Positions 1-12,375 are shown, numbered from the stretch's first letter. The stretch is 64,000 nucleotides of DNA from the human T2T-CHM13v2.0 reference genome, Homo sapiens (GCF_009914755.1 NC_060940.1), one strand, 5' to 3'. The notes: generated by a model not told the origin, from the sequence alone. A program made the numbers and translations.

Positions 1-360
1 TTTTGACTTAATGTGTATTTTGCATAATTATGACCCCTCTTGCTCTCATTTGATTGCAATCTTCCTAGAAGATATTTTTCATACTTGCACTTTTAGCCTA
101 TCTGTGTGCTTAGATCTAAAGTGAGTTTCTTATAGACAGCAGAAAACAAATCGTTTTTTCTTTCAATCTCTTTAGCCAATTTACACATTTCTGTTGGAAA
201 TTTTACTCTATGTATATATTCATTTTAATTGTGAAAAGAATGGACTACTTCCATTTTGTTAATAGTTCTATTTGTTTCTTGTAGGTATTTTCTCCTCTTT
301 TCTGCTCTTACTGCCTTCCTTTTTATTTAATTGATTTTTATAGTGACATATTTCTATTTA
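1..360 (-). mobile_element. Old L1 (L1M-type) ORF2 fragment, antisense
   Basis: T-rich sequence containing 'cacttttagcctatctgtgtgcttagatctaaagtgagtttcttatagacagca', typical of the antisense L1 endonuclease region. Confidence 0.7.
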
Positions 361-719
361 ATTTGCCAAGGCCAAGTTGCAAGATAAAAAGTTTGCCTTT
401 AATCTAGTCTCTCCACATCAGATCAAGCCTATGGACAGATCTAAAAACATGAGGTTTCCCTCTTCGGGGGCCCCACTTTTTGGACTGCTGTATGATCTCT
501 GGAGGATTGATGAGTCCACACCAAGCAAAAGTGGACAGCAGTGTTCTACCTGTGAACACTTGTTTCTTGTAGGCCCTACTGTCTCTCAGGGCACCACCTC
601 TCTTATCCTTTAAACAGGAGTGATATTGGCAGAGAAGGGGCATTCACTCCTATCTGGCAGAAAAGGAGGATTCAGGCCCTTTAACTTCCCTAAGGTCAGA
701 AAAGTCAGAGCCCTCAGAG

Positions 720-1092
720 ATGCACTTGCAATGTGGCAGCCACTGGGCACAGGGGCTACTGAGCAACTGTATTGTGCCCAGCATGAACTAAGATATGCTG
801 GGGAGAAATACAAGAAAATATTTAAATATTTAGTTACATATACATATGTGCATAAAAATATATAATGCTGGGTTAAAGAAACATATGTCTATGTGTGTGT
901 ACGTATATATGTACACATATATATGTTTCTTTAATTATTTCATTCTGATTATATGTTAAAATATTTTGGATATATTGAGCTATGTTGTTAACATCAATTT
1001 CACTCATTTTTCTTTTTCTTTATGCTGCTACTAGTAAATTCTAATTGTCACATGTGGCTCACATTTTACTTCTATTGCACATTGGTGCAATA
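720..1092. mobile_element. MER3/MER33-like hAT-Charlie DNA transposon relic
   Basis: Ends resemble the MER3/33 termini: 'caatgtggcagccactgggcacaggggctactgagca' and 'cacatgtggctcacattttacttctattg'. Confidence 0.55.
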
Positions 1093-1182
1093 GAGGATTG
1101 CCTAATTTCAAAACTCAGTTTGCCTCAAAAGCCAAGAGGCCAGAAAGATTGTAAAATCTAAAAATTAAAAATAATTGTAATT

Positions 1183-1468
1183 GGTTGGGCATGGTGGCTC
1201 ATGCCTGTTATGCTAGCACTTTGGGAGGCCGAGGCAGGCGGATCACTTGACCTCGGTTCGAAACCAGCCTGGTCAACATGGTGAAACCATGTCTCTACTA
1301 AAAATACAAAAATTAGCTGGGCAACATGGTGGATGCCTGTATCCCAGCTACCTGGGAGGCTGAGGCAGAAGAATCACTTGAACCTGGCAGGCGGAGGTTG
1401 CAGTGAGCCAATATCTCATCACTGTACTCGAGCCTGGGTGACAGAGTGAGACTCTGTCTCAAAAAAAT
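1183..1468 (+). mobile_element. Alu (S-like)
   Basis: Full dimer with central A-rich linker; flanked by a TSD-like 'aaaaataattgt'. Confidence 0.95.
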
Positions 1469-1518
1469 GTAAATAAAAATAAAAATAATTGTTATTATTT
1501 TGTTTCTATTTTGAATAA

Positions 1519-1887
<369 letters not shown>

Positions 1888-2289
1888 TAAAAATAACCTT
1901 ATATACAAGGTTAAATGCAAATATCCCACAGTGAAGGCCGGGCTTCAGCATAAGGAGGAAGTCCTGCCTGAAAAAGGCTGCGGCTTGGAACATTTTACCC
2001 TGTTGTCATCTGGCTATGAGTTGGCTCACATCTTCTCTCATTCAGAACCTGAAGGGGTGGGGCCTGGGGCCGTATTATCCAATCACTAGTGCTGGGGTAA
2101 AAACTGTCTTAAAACTATTCTTTTAATGCTTAGCAATACTAATTTTTAGTGAGAAACTTAAGATTACTTAATTTAACATAACCAGACTTTAAGATTTTAA
2201 ATTACTAAAAAAAAAAAAAAAGAAACTTAAAACGATGACAGAGTTACTTCCTCTAATGTTTTTTGGTGAGGGTTTCAAATACCTATGTC

Positions 2290-2597
2290 ATATATTGAAA
2301 CCTACAGTTCTATAAGCCCTACCCTTAAATCAAAACAACCCTGATGCTATTGTGAACAGGTACTTAGCATAAATCCTACCCTTAGGCAAATTTATATAGT
2401 GATTTCAATTGTCCTTCACATTCCCTTTCCTGTGATAAGTGTCTGGGTTTAGGGGGTCACAGTGTGAGGTTCCACCATCTTCAGCTATCTGAGACATAGC
2501 TTCTATTAATAAATGTTCCTCTTAAATGTTTCTTTCTGAGAAACTTGATTTGTCAGCCTCATTCTTCAAACTCTCAGCTCCTTTGGCCTTTAAAGGT

Positions 2598-2600
<3 letters not shown>
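2290..2600 (+). mobile_element. ERV1 LTR fragment (MER34/MER39-like)
   Basis: 'aaatgtttctttctgagaaacttgatttgtcagcctc...ctctcagctcc' matches the remembered MER34/39 3' region. Confidence 0.55.

Positions 2601-2642
<42 letters not shown>
2601..2642. repeat. (TA)n microsatellite
   Basis: Pure TA run. Confidence 0.98.
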
Positions 2643-2643
<1 letters not shown>

Positions 2644-2794
2644 TCACAAGAAAACACCCTCATATATATAGTCTGTCAATTTCTCAAACATTGTTATGTG
2701 GTTCATGACTGTAATGTGTGCCACATGTAGTTTTGTACATGAATAGTATATTTTTTATAGCTACTTTCTATTACACATCACTAAAATACATGTT

Positions 2795-2989
2795 CAGTAA
2801 GTGCTCACTTAACATCATTGATAGGTCCCTGGAAACTGACTTTAAGTGAAACAAAATACTATATGCCATGGAAAATTAACTCTTGTTTATATCAATTAGC
2901 CAATGGTAAAATTGGTTTTATTATATAGTACATTGTTTTACTTAAAGTCACAGTTTCTGAGAATCTATCAAAAAAGGGAGAACATACTG
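2795..2989. mobile_element. MER6-family (TcMar-Tigger) MITE
   Basis: Terminal inverted repeats 'cagtaagtgctcacttaac..gatagg..ggaaactgactttaagt' and 'acttaaagtcacagtttc..ctatc..tactg'. Confidence 0.7.
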
Positions 2990-4289
2990 TCATTAGTATT
3001 ACAGTATATGGTACATTATAGCATTACACTATTATAGTATGTTATTGTAGTCTTAGCAATTGGTAGTATAATGTGTTTCAGTTTCTCCCAAGGTCACAGA
3101 ATTATCCAGACCAACCAATAACAACTTCCTGTGGGAACCAGGTGCATCTCACCCTCTTGATACTACAAAGCCTTCCCCAACACCCCCTGTTTGTTCTCTC
3201 TGCTCCCAAGTGCAATCCCTGTGTGGGTCTGTATACCTTATATAATTTCCTTCTTCCATGATTATATGTAACGAATAACTGCTGTCAATCTCATTTGTCC
3301 AATGATTGGTGCCATGGTTTTAACTGTTCCAGTAGTACAAGGGTGGTAATTTATCCCTCACCAATGGGGTAAAGGGGAGGCTAATCAAACAATTCACAAT
3401 ACAAACTGGATTAACCAACTATGACTGAGGACATCGGCTCAACTTTAACTGCTTTTGGCCTACTGATTTCATGATACATTAAAAGTCACCTCAGTCAGAG
3501 CCACCAGTTTCTGGTGGGCTTTTGCTTTGGTCTAAATAGCCATTTGTGGCCTTTATCATGAGTTGCCTTCCCTGACCACATTAAAGCACACTCATCACCT
3601 AGACATATATGGTCAGTTGACTCTGCTGCAGCCTGATGTGTCATCATATTTAGCCTTTGTTTGGCATGCAGCTTGCAAGACACTTGCCTTTCAAGGCAGT
3701 GAAAACACAGAACCTTAATCAGTGAGTACTTCAGTCCTGATTACCAAGAGTCAGGCTATATCCCTGTGGTCACTTCATCTGGTCTGCTTACCATTACTAA
3801 ATGCCCGGGTAGTCATATGAACATTGCTTATTATTGCACACTCTCAGGAAAGGCCCAGGGATGGTTTTTTGTAAAATTGCAAAAAACAAAAAGGACTTTT
3901 ACTTTGGAGAGAATTATGCACGTCACTCAGTTGCTCTAACAAGTGCTACCGTCATGGGAGCAAGAACAGTGACCTTGTCTTTCCTGAGCTGCCGCTTCCT
4001 TTGCTCCTGTCACATGCACTCTCACGATGAGGGGCTCATTCCTTGTGCCTTATGGTTCAGGCACTGATGAGAAATAAAAAAGAGAAAGATAACTTAATAT
4101 TAGTCCCTCCCAAAACTTACTGGGTAATTCTCTCATCCTAAATCCCCTACTCATCGTGTAGGCTTTTAGCACTGCTGCTTACCAGTATGCTAAAGGTGCA
4201 GACTTAGGATCAGAAGTTTGATGAACTCAAACAAAAAGACCACAATGCATATGGGTGCTAATCCCAGTGAAATGGAGTGGCAGTAAACA

Positions 4290-5400
4290 CCTTCAACCAA
4301 AGAGAAAACAGATCACAAATAAACAAATAATGACACAACTCAAGAAACTAGAGGAGGAAGAACTTATCCCAACGTTCCCAGATAATAAAATTAGTAAAAA
4401 AAATCGGAGCAGAAATGAATACACTGAAGATTAGAAAAACAATAGAAAATGTAGAAAAATTGTAAGAGCTTGTTTTATGAAAACATGAAGTTGACATATC
4501 TTTAGCTAGACTAAGAAATAAATGCTTAAATAAATAAAATCAGAATTAAAGGGAATACATTACAACTGGTAAAACAGAAATAAAAAAAGGTCATAAGACT
4601 GCTATGTACACAGACTCCTATGTACAATGATATCCCACCAAATGGGATAAGGGAGAAGACATGAATATATTTCTAGACAAGTACCACCCACCAAGACTGA
4701 AGCATAAAGAAATAGAAAATATGAATAGATCAGTAATGGGTAAGGAGTTTAGATCTGATGACTTTGTTGCTGAATTCTACTAAACATTTAAAAAGAACCA
4801 AATCTTTGAAAAAATTGAAGGAGGAGGAATACTTCCAAACTCATTTTATGAAGCCAGCATTACACTGATACAAAAACCAGAGATGGACATTACAAGAAAA
4901 ACAATTACAGGCCAATATCCCTGATGAACATAGATGAAAAATCATCCACAACGTAGTTGCAAATGAAATTCAAAAGCACTTTAAAAGGATCATTTATTAT
5001 GATCAAGTTGGATTTATTCCTGGGATGCAATAATATTTTAATATGTGGAAATCAATAAATGCCATACTCCTTATTTACACAACAAAAAGATTAAAAATCA
5101 TGACTTTTTTATGCATGCCTAAAATTATTTTGACAAAATTTAAAATCCATTCCAAATAAAATCTATAACAAATTAGGTATAGAAAGAATATACCTCAAAA
5201 TAAAGAGATATGTTCTTTATAAGCTATAGGACAATCCCATGGTTAACATTATTGTCAATGGTGAAATTTTGGAATTATTTTTAAGATTTATTATAAGAAA
5301 AAGATGCCCACTCTCACTACTTCTTTCAACACCGTATTGGAAATCCTGCTCAGAATCTAAGACAAGAGAAAAAAGAGCATTTAAATAAGAAACAACAAGT
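4290..5400 (+). mobile_element. Degenerate L1 ORF2 fragment
   Basis: 'gaggaggaatacttccaaactcattttatgaagccagcattacactgatac', 'ggccaatatccctgatgaacatagatg', 'atgcccactctcac'. Confidence 0.9.
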
Positions 5401-6580
5401 TCTTCTATTCATGGAGATTAACGCTCAGGTTTTTGCAGATTAGATTTAACAGCATGAAATCTGGTACCATCCAGGAATCAAAGGATATAGGACTTTAGGG
5501 CATCAATTATTAAGAGGCTATAGGAAAGCAGAAATGCTCCTGGATGTTTCCATTGTCCACACACAAAATTTCAACAGACCAGCCCCAGGAAGTAAAGGCA
5601 CATTCCTGACTACTGTTAGTTGATGAGCTTTTCACCAAAAGCAGAGATGTGAGACCTGGCAGGTTTCAAAGACCCCTCAAGTGCTCCATACCTTGAAATT
5701 CACTTCCACAAAGCTAGAACACCATCTGTTCCTGAGGGATCAGGTTATCGTCTGTTTCTTTTAGGCACTGGCCAGTCAGGCTTTAGTGGACACGAAGCCA
5801 CAGATTTTTAGTGTAAAATGCCTAATCTATCATAATCTTTAGGTAGATATTTGGAGGCCTGCACACTTAAATGGGTTGGTGAAATGTCATACCAGACACA
5901 TGGCTGGGAATTGGGTTTTTCTCCTCCGCTCTTAGCAGCACCTTTGTAACCCAGTGATTACCCCCCTCATGGCTCCACGGCCACATCCGCAAAAAGGGTA
6001 CTGGTGAACGTGACATTTTCACGAAGCCACAGCCCATGGTCACTCCCTGCAAAGCTCTGAACTTGCGCATTCCCAGGCCAGGCCGTGGTTGTCTTTCCAA
6101 GGCGGCTCAGCTTGTGCTTTGCTTGGAGAGAGCGGAGGGCAGCAGCACAGTGACAGCGTCTGGGACCTCAGACCAGTTTCCACAGCCACTTATGAAAGCA
6201 GACGGCTCCATGGGCTGGAGGAGGTGGGACGCTCTGGAAAGAACTCGGGTGCGAGTGGGAAAGAAAATCGAGCTGAGCAGCGGGAAGTCGAAGTCGCGTG
6301 AGTGAGGACCAGACACTCTCGATTTAGGCAAAGGCGGGGTGCACTTCCCAACAACACATCCTCCTCACTGGCGAGACCAGGCCTGCCCTTCAAGTTCCTC
6401 TCCTGATTTAATCCCCTTGGCGAGGGTTTGGCATGAAATCAATGGCCAGCAAGCTTGGTAAACGAAGCCGCCTACACCGCCCTCCCCCTCCCTGCACGGC
6501 CGCGCCCCGCCTCCGCTCCTGTCTCAATCTGGGATTGTCCTCCTGTAGCCCCACCATCCACCGTGGGGAACGGTGGAGAG

Positions 6581-6605
6581 ACTACAACTCCCAGTATGCA
6601 CCGCG
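6581..6605 (+). promoter_or_regulatory. ZNF143/THAP11 (SBS, ACTACAnnTCCCA) promoter motif
   Basis: ACTACAACTCCCAGTATGCACCGCG, a near-consensus composite motif usually found close to a TSS. Confidence 0.85.
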
Positions 6606-8160
6606 ATGCGCGCCTCACCCTGCATCTCCCAGCCCGCAGCCAGCTGGCATCCTAGACCCTCTGCCCTGCGACCAACAGCCGGGAGCGGACCAGACACCAG
6701 AACTCCCGGAACGGTTGAAGACGGTTCCGCTCCCTGTCCCGCCTTTCGCAGCCCAGCAGTTTCGCCCTGCGGAGAGGAGCCTTGCTGTTTCCAAATCTCT
6801 CCTGCTGAAGAGACATTGGAGCTAGGGCGGCTAGTTTCACCTGGTAATTGTGACACCCTGTCTCCTCGAGCTGCAGGCTTTTATGCTTGTCATGTTCGAA
6901 GTTTGATACCTTGCAGATCAACAAAGGGTCGGTGGCCTCTCACTGCCTCCGCCGCAGGGTTGTCAAGGTAACGCTCCTCAGACAAGGGTGGGGCGCGGCC
7001 CGCCCCTTTTCTCACCCCGCCTCCTCCTCAGCCCCACCCTCCTTCGCTCCTCCTCTTGTCACTCCCTTTCAGACATGCGCAGTGCGGCCCGTCCCTAGGG
7101 CTGGGTTAAGGGCCGCGGATGTGGCAGTTCTCAGGCCTCTTGGGATCGCCTCAAGAAGCCCCCTCACGAGTGTCTCGATTTCCTGTCAGCCAACAAAGGG
7201 CCGTTCGCCTTTCATGGCCTCCACAGCAGCGTTGCCGTGGTAACGATCCTCCGCCGGACGTTGGCCGCACCGCGCCCCTATTCTTGCCCATCTCCCGCTC
7301 CGCCCCGTCCCTTCTCGCTCCTCCCTCTTGTCACACCCGTTCAGACATGGGTAGTGTAGCCCGTCCCTAGCGGCGGGATAAAAGTCCTGCCCTTTCACAC
7401 ATGCGCAGTGCACCCATTCCTAGGGGTGGGGCTAAGGGGCCTGCCCTTTCGGAAATGCGCAGTGCAGCCCGTCCCTAGGTGTAGGGTAATGGCGGCCGAC
7501 CTGGCAGGTCTCAGGCTCCTTGGGATCCCCTCGAGAAGCCCGTTCATGAGTGTCTGAAACTGTCACTTGACTGCCAGAAGTGAAAACATCGTGTCCCTAG
7601 TCACCTGCCATTTGCCTTTTCAAAACCATTTCCTCTGTTCTCTAGGCTGTCACAAATCCTCTGCACCCCAGGAGTGCCGCTTGGACCCCCGGGCTCGCTG
7701 CGTGGTCCATATCTAGGTCGGGCCTCTCACGGAGACTTTCCCACCAGTGTAATAAAGAGGAGAAAACGTCACAGCGGAAGGGCCTGACCCTGCTGCATCC
7801 ACTAAGGAAACAGCTACGGGGATGGGACCCTGGAAGCTGCTGTGGGAGCCTCATCCACCGCTTCTCTGACCCCACCCAGGCTGCTTCCCAGGCCTCAGGG
7901 TCTTAGTGTGGACCTCCGGGCCGTGATTAATGCAGGTCAGCAGGACCAGAGCGCCCCTTGGTCCCTCCCAACACATGAGGGTAGTTTGTGTGGTGAGGTC
8001 AGGGATAGTGTCTGCGCTTCTACCCTGAATAGGGCTCCCTTGGAAAATACTTTAATATCTCTTTTTAAATACCCCCTTGGACCACTTTTAATAGTTTTCT
8101 GATAGAACTAAACAGTGATCATTCTCTTAATTCATGTTTCCATTAAGTTTTTCAGGTTAA
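6606..8160 (+). CDS. Putative two-exon short ORF (6606-6967 joined to 8148-8160; ~124 aa, MRASPCISQP...AAGLSSFSG); doubtful coding status
   Basis: ATG at 6606; open frame to donor AAG|GTAACG at 6967/6968; acceptor ttaag| at 8147 gives S-F-S-G-stop. Resembles an uncharacterised LOC-type model from duplicated acrocentric contigs as I recall it (not verified). No known domain. Confidence 0.35.
6915..7556 (+). repeat. Degenerate tandem duplication (~270 bp) with internal ~53-bp sub-repeats
   Basis: 'caacaaagggtcggtggcc..ggtaacgctcctc' (6919) vs 'caacaaagggccgttcgcc..ggtaacgatcctc' (7191); four copies of 'ccctttcagacatgcgcagtgc.gcccgtccctag' at ~7063, 7335, 7390 and 7444. Confidence 0.85.
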
Positions 8161-9564
8161 GTACTGCACGACTACTCGCTTCTGAAACTGATAGACACTG
8201 CCTCAGCTCCGTGCAGGGCAGACGCACAAGAGCAGAATCTCCGTGGGACATCTCTCTGGAGCATCAATATTACTGCAGTATTTGGAAGAAACAAATTTAA
8301 ATAAGTTCTAAGGTGAAGAATGGAACATTTAAGACAAGTCTGGAAAGTCATCTGCCTTTAATAACTGTCGTTTGTCCTTAACGTCAGACTTTCTCCAAGA
8401 CCAAAACTCTAAGAACTTATTTCCATTCTTACAAATAGTAAAAATGATAAATCATATCAAGTCAATTGAAAGTCCTGCCTGCTGCTTTCCTAAATCACAA
8501 TATGGCCTTGGTATGGTTTTATTTGTACTTTTGTGGGGGATTCGTGGATCTTTAGATTAAAAAAAAAAAATAGGTTTTTGAACAATTTTTGCAAGTTTGC
8601 AGCTGTTAGTTATTGATTTATTTTTGCAACCCATCTAATTCTTCTGTCTCTCTCCTCTCCTCAGGCTCAATAATTCCATGGGTCTCTAAGGCTGTGTTTA
8701 TTTTCTTTAAATTTTGTTGATTTACTTTTATACTCCATTTGATTTTTTCTATCTCTCACCTTTTCTCAGACTCAGTCATCCCACAGGTCTGTAAGGCTCT
8801 GTTCATTTTCTTTAAACTTTTTTTTTTCCTCTCCTCAGATTGGATAAATTATATTGCTATGTCTCTGTTTCTGAACTATAGAAAAGCTCAAAATTACTAT
8901 TTTTATTTCTCATTTTTTATATGGCTATTTTTTCTCTGCTGATGTTTCACATCTATTCATTTATGAGAATATTTTCCTTTGCCCTCATGAGCGTGTTTAT
9001 AATAGCTGCCTTCAAATTCTTGTCTGCCGTTTACATCTTGGACATCTTGGAGATGGCTACTGCCTGCTTTTTATCTTGTGTATTTATTACATTTTCACGT
9101 GTCTTCACGCATCTCTTGAATTGGAAATTGTGCCCTGGAGACTGTATACAAGACTGGATTAAAAAGACTGGATTCTGTTTTGTCCCTGTGAAGAGTGTTG
9201 TTTTTAAAAGATGGTGTTAAATGGGCTGGATTCTATCTTCAATACTTATCTCTCCTATGGAAGTCATAGCCAAAATATGCATTCAGTTTTTATATACACA
9301 TATTTCATGTATGTATTGTATATAGAAATGTTTCTATAATGATATATAATAATTTACCCAGGATTCATCATTTTTCTGTGTGAGAGTGTTAGTTCAGTTA
9401 GCTACTTCATCATTAGTGGAAGCCAGAACCTCAGTTTTGATTTTTGAGTGTAATATAAAAAATTACACAGTATGGATACTTTTACATCAATTTTTAATGC
9501 AATATTATATTTGTGATATTTATGCTGTTACAGATATCTACAGTTTGTTCATTTAAAAAAGTCC

Positions 9565-9818
9565 TTTTTTACATTGTGGTAAAATATACATAAAATTAAC
9601 CATTTTAACAATTTTTAAAAGTGCAGGACAGAGGAATTAATCATACTCACATTGTTCTACAACCATCATCCACATTCATAGGGAAATTTGTTCATTTTGC
9701 AAAACTCAAACTCTGTTCCCGTTACCTTCCTTTTGGCCTCTAGGAACTACTCTTCTACTTTGAGTTTCTATGAATGGAACTACTGTAAGTACCTCATATG
9801 AGTGGAATCATACAATGT
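9565..9818 (-). mobile_element. L1MB-type 3' end, antisense
   Basis: 'ttgtggtaaaatatacataaaattaaccatttta...tacctcatatgagtggaatcataca'. Confidence 0.75.
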
Positions 9819-10124
9819 AGTAAAGAAGTCACGAGGAAGAATAATACACACTGTATAACATGCTTATTAATTTAAATAAACAGAGATCAGTAGTACATGG
9901 TGATTATAGAGAAAGACAGATAAAAAAGAAAAAGCAGTTAGAAGGGTGTGTAAAATTTATCACTATGGTGTCTCAAGTTTTAGAGCAGTGAGGCCCCGGC
10001 CCCAGACACATTACTGGTCATGGTGAAGCTGGGAGCCCAGTGCAGCTGTCTGACTCCCAAAGCCAACACTCAGGCCAAATGTCACTGAGCCCTGAGGCAC
10101 TCTGCCCCTGCCAGCCCAGGCACT

Positions 10125-12095
10125 CAATGGCCCTGAGATTCACCATGGCCTGTTCTTGGTCTTGAGGGTGTTGCTGGCCTGCTGGAATAGGGGCCCGTCT
10201 GACAAAACAAGTAGGAGGAGCTTCAGAAAATAGTGGCAGCTGTGAGGCTACCAGGAGCCACACCTCAGGCTTCCCACTGCCTGCCCAGGGTCCCCATGCA
10301 GCAGGCCTAATGTTGACCAGGGAGCTATGGCCCCAGGTTCTCTGAAGCTGGCCACAAGATAGAGTCTTCTCCTAGTCTTTGCTAATCTGCTAGGCTCTCA
10401 TCTTTTATTCTGACTGTGCAGCTTCATGCACTGGAACCAAACCCCAAATTCCTCCTCAGTCAGAAGATGACAATTATCTCTTGTCACTGAAGCAGCTGCA
10501 TTTCCTGGAGGACTTTGATCTGGAGACAGAAGGAAGGGCAGGATTCTGACAGGTCCTGGGTGGAAGATGACAAAGGGAACTTGTGGGGGTGTGAAGGGGT
10601 AGGGACAATTTCTAGGGCCTTTCTTTTAAGGGGTCCTACCCTCCCCTCCAATCCCATGTAGCCCCAACCTGTTCTCAAGAGTTGGATATAAACAGTCCCT
10701 CCTCTAGGAGTTTATCATTGATTCTATTCCCCTAATCAAACCCTCCATTGGGATGGGTCTCCTGCTTCTCTGTGTATCAAACCTTCCCAATAAATCTAAG
10801 ATGCAGAGGATGGAGCCAAGGAGTGTCTTCCTCAGGGTGGTGTCTGACTTTCACATCCCCACCCTCCCTCAAAGCGACAGCGCCAGCTGCTCACCTTCTT
10901 CCTTTATTAGTGTTGATTATATGTTCTTAGGAGGTAGACAGCCAAGATTCATGAGAAAGGCTTCCTGACACAGGACTAGACCTCATCCCTTATACTTCCT
11001 ATGCTGCACCACCACCAGGGCCACCAGGGTCAGAGCATGTGCATAAAACAGGACTTAGATCTGCATCAGGTTCTGGGCTCCACAGAAGGGACACTGAGGC
11101 TCAGTGACCTTTCTCCCTGATTCTCTGTGATGATAGACAGGGAGACAAAGGCCTTGGAAACAAAGAAGTTACTCAACAATTTAGGACCTGCCTGTCTTAG
11201 GAGGGGCCCAATTTCTCTCTTCTGCAATGGGTACCAGCTAAGGCAGAGGCTGAGACTTAGCTCTGCAGCTTTACTACTCAAGGAACAGGAAATGGTGTCT
11301 TTGCTGGAGGCTCCGTCACTCATAGATAAGACGGAACTGACACTGCCATTTACAGGGGCATCTGGTAGGCTCTCAGGAAAGGGGTTTGCTGAGTGCTGCA
11401 GTCTCAGGATTCAGTCCAGGACTCTGTCCTCGCAAGCTTCAGGATCCTGGTCCCCACCCTGCCTGCCTGCCCCAGTCTCACTCACATCTATATAATCCTC
11501 TATGGCAATTTCCAGCATCTGCAGGTTGTTGAGAAGTGTGCCCGGGGTGGGGGGTGGGGGGGAGGGGAGTGGGGGCACAGCAGCCTGTGTTATCAAGGTG
11601 GTAGCAGTGATGAGCACCAATTCTCAGCTAACTGCACAAGACCTCTCCTTTGAACTCTCACCAACCTATTTCTCCTTGACCCCCGTACCCAAGTCTCTCA
11701 CTCAGAGCATCCAAGGACCTTTCACCTCCTTGCCCAAAATCTTTCCCTCCTCTTTCCACAGCTGACCTCCAAAGATGCTAAGCACTTCTTAGTTACCTCT
11801 ATGGTGTGATTTTAATAAATCACAAAGTCAGATCGTCCCCACCCTCACTCTTCGTCTAATCTACTCTGAGCCTAGCTCTCCCAGGCCCTTTCTCTAGTCT
11901 CTCTAATGAAGGCATTCCAAGCATTGTGGCCACAGGAGGGCAGGGCTGGAGGAGGAAGACACCCTGGTCTCTTGATGTGGAGAACTCCAGCTGGGAGGGA
12001 GGAGCCCTGTCCTTGACTCTCTGGAGCCCCTCCCTACCATAGGCCAATTCACCTGCTGCTGCAGCCCCATCTGGACTCTTTAAAAAGGTTCCTAC
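10125..12095 (-). pseudogene. RGL4: Unprocessed RGL4/RALGDS-like RasGEF pseudogene (C-terminal CDC25-domain exons); the symbol names the closest parent family
   Basis: Collinear minus-strand exons: 12095-12053 RVQMGLQQQ|gt (RGL4 RVQMRLRRQ); ~11550-11486 GTLLNNLQMLEIAIEDYID|gtgag (RALGDS GTFLTDLVMLDTAMKDYLY); 10925-10895 IINTNK..|gtgagc (INFEKRRK exon); 10519-10402 IKVLQEMQLLQ..EEEFGVWFQCMKLHSQ (RGL4 VLQEMQLLQ; RALGDS EQFGAWF); 10220-~10125 SYLFCQ..ASNTLKTK (RALGDS SYNLSCE..ASNTLRTK). Frameshifts, stops and a dead donor are present. Confidence 0.8.
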
Positions 12096-12219
12096 CTAGT
12101 AGAGTCAGAAACAGGGTCAGTGAGACTGTGCCTGTCTCACAGTTACACTCCAGCCCCAGCGACCTCAGATCTTGGATAACTGCCTGAGTCAGCCGGTGTA
12201 ATGCTCCCACCAGCTCCAG

Positions 12220-12375
12220 TGAGTCCTGATTCTAGATTTACTCCCAGCTTTAACACTCACTGTGTGTGTAACCTTGGGCATGCAGCCAGGCCTTCCTGAA
12301 ACTGTTTTTTCATCTAGGAAGTGTGATGAGAACAACACCTTCCTCACAGTACCTCCTGAGGACTCAGTTGCATGT
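12220..12375 (+). mobile_element. MIR fragment
   Basis: 'tgtgtaaccttgggca..ctgttttttcatctaggaa..ttcctcacag' MIR core. Confidence 0.55.

Larger units (their letters stand above)
6200..7950 (+). promoter_or_regulatory. CpG-island promoter region
   Basis: High GC and CpG content, GC boxes (ggcgggg/ccccgcc), a ZNF143/THAP11-type motif, X-boxes and repeated ATGCGCAGT NRF1-like half sites. Confidence 0.8.

Noticed and set aside
616-693. Exon-like segment (aaacag|...|gtcaga)
   Set aside because: Weak donor, no recognisable protein and no partner exons
3090-3400. Possible ERVL-type LTR remnant
   Set aside because: Too diverged to assign or bound with confidence
10700-10731. Alternative 'GNRINDK' exon candidate for the RasGEF relic
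   Set aside because: No donor site; 10925-10895 fits better in size and has a gtgagc donor
11849-11925. Second candidate for the 'RAQMRL' RasGEF exon (LEKGPGRARLR..|gtgag)
   Set aside because: Weaker match than 12095-12053 and no AG acceptor; may be a duplicate or chance, so it is not claimed
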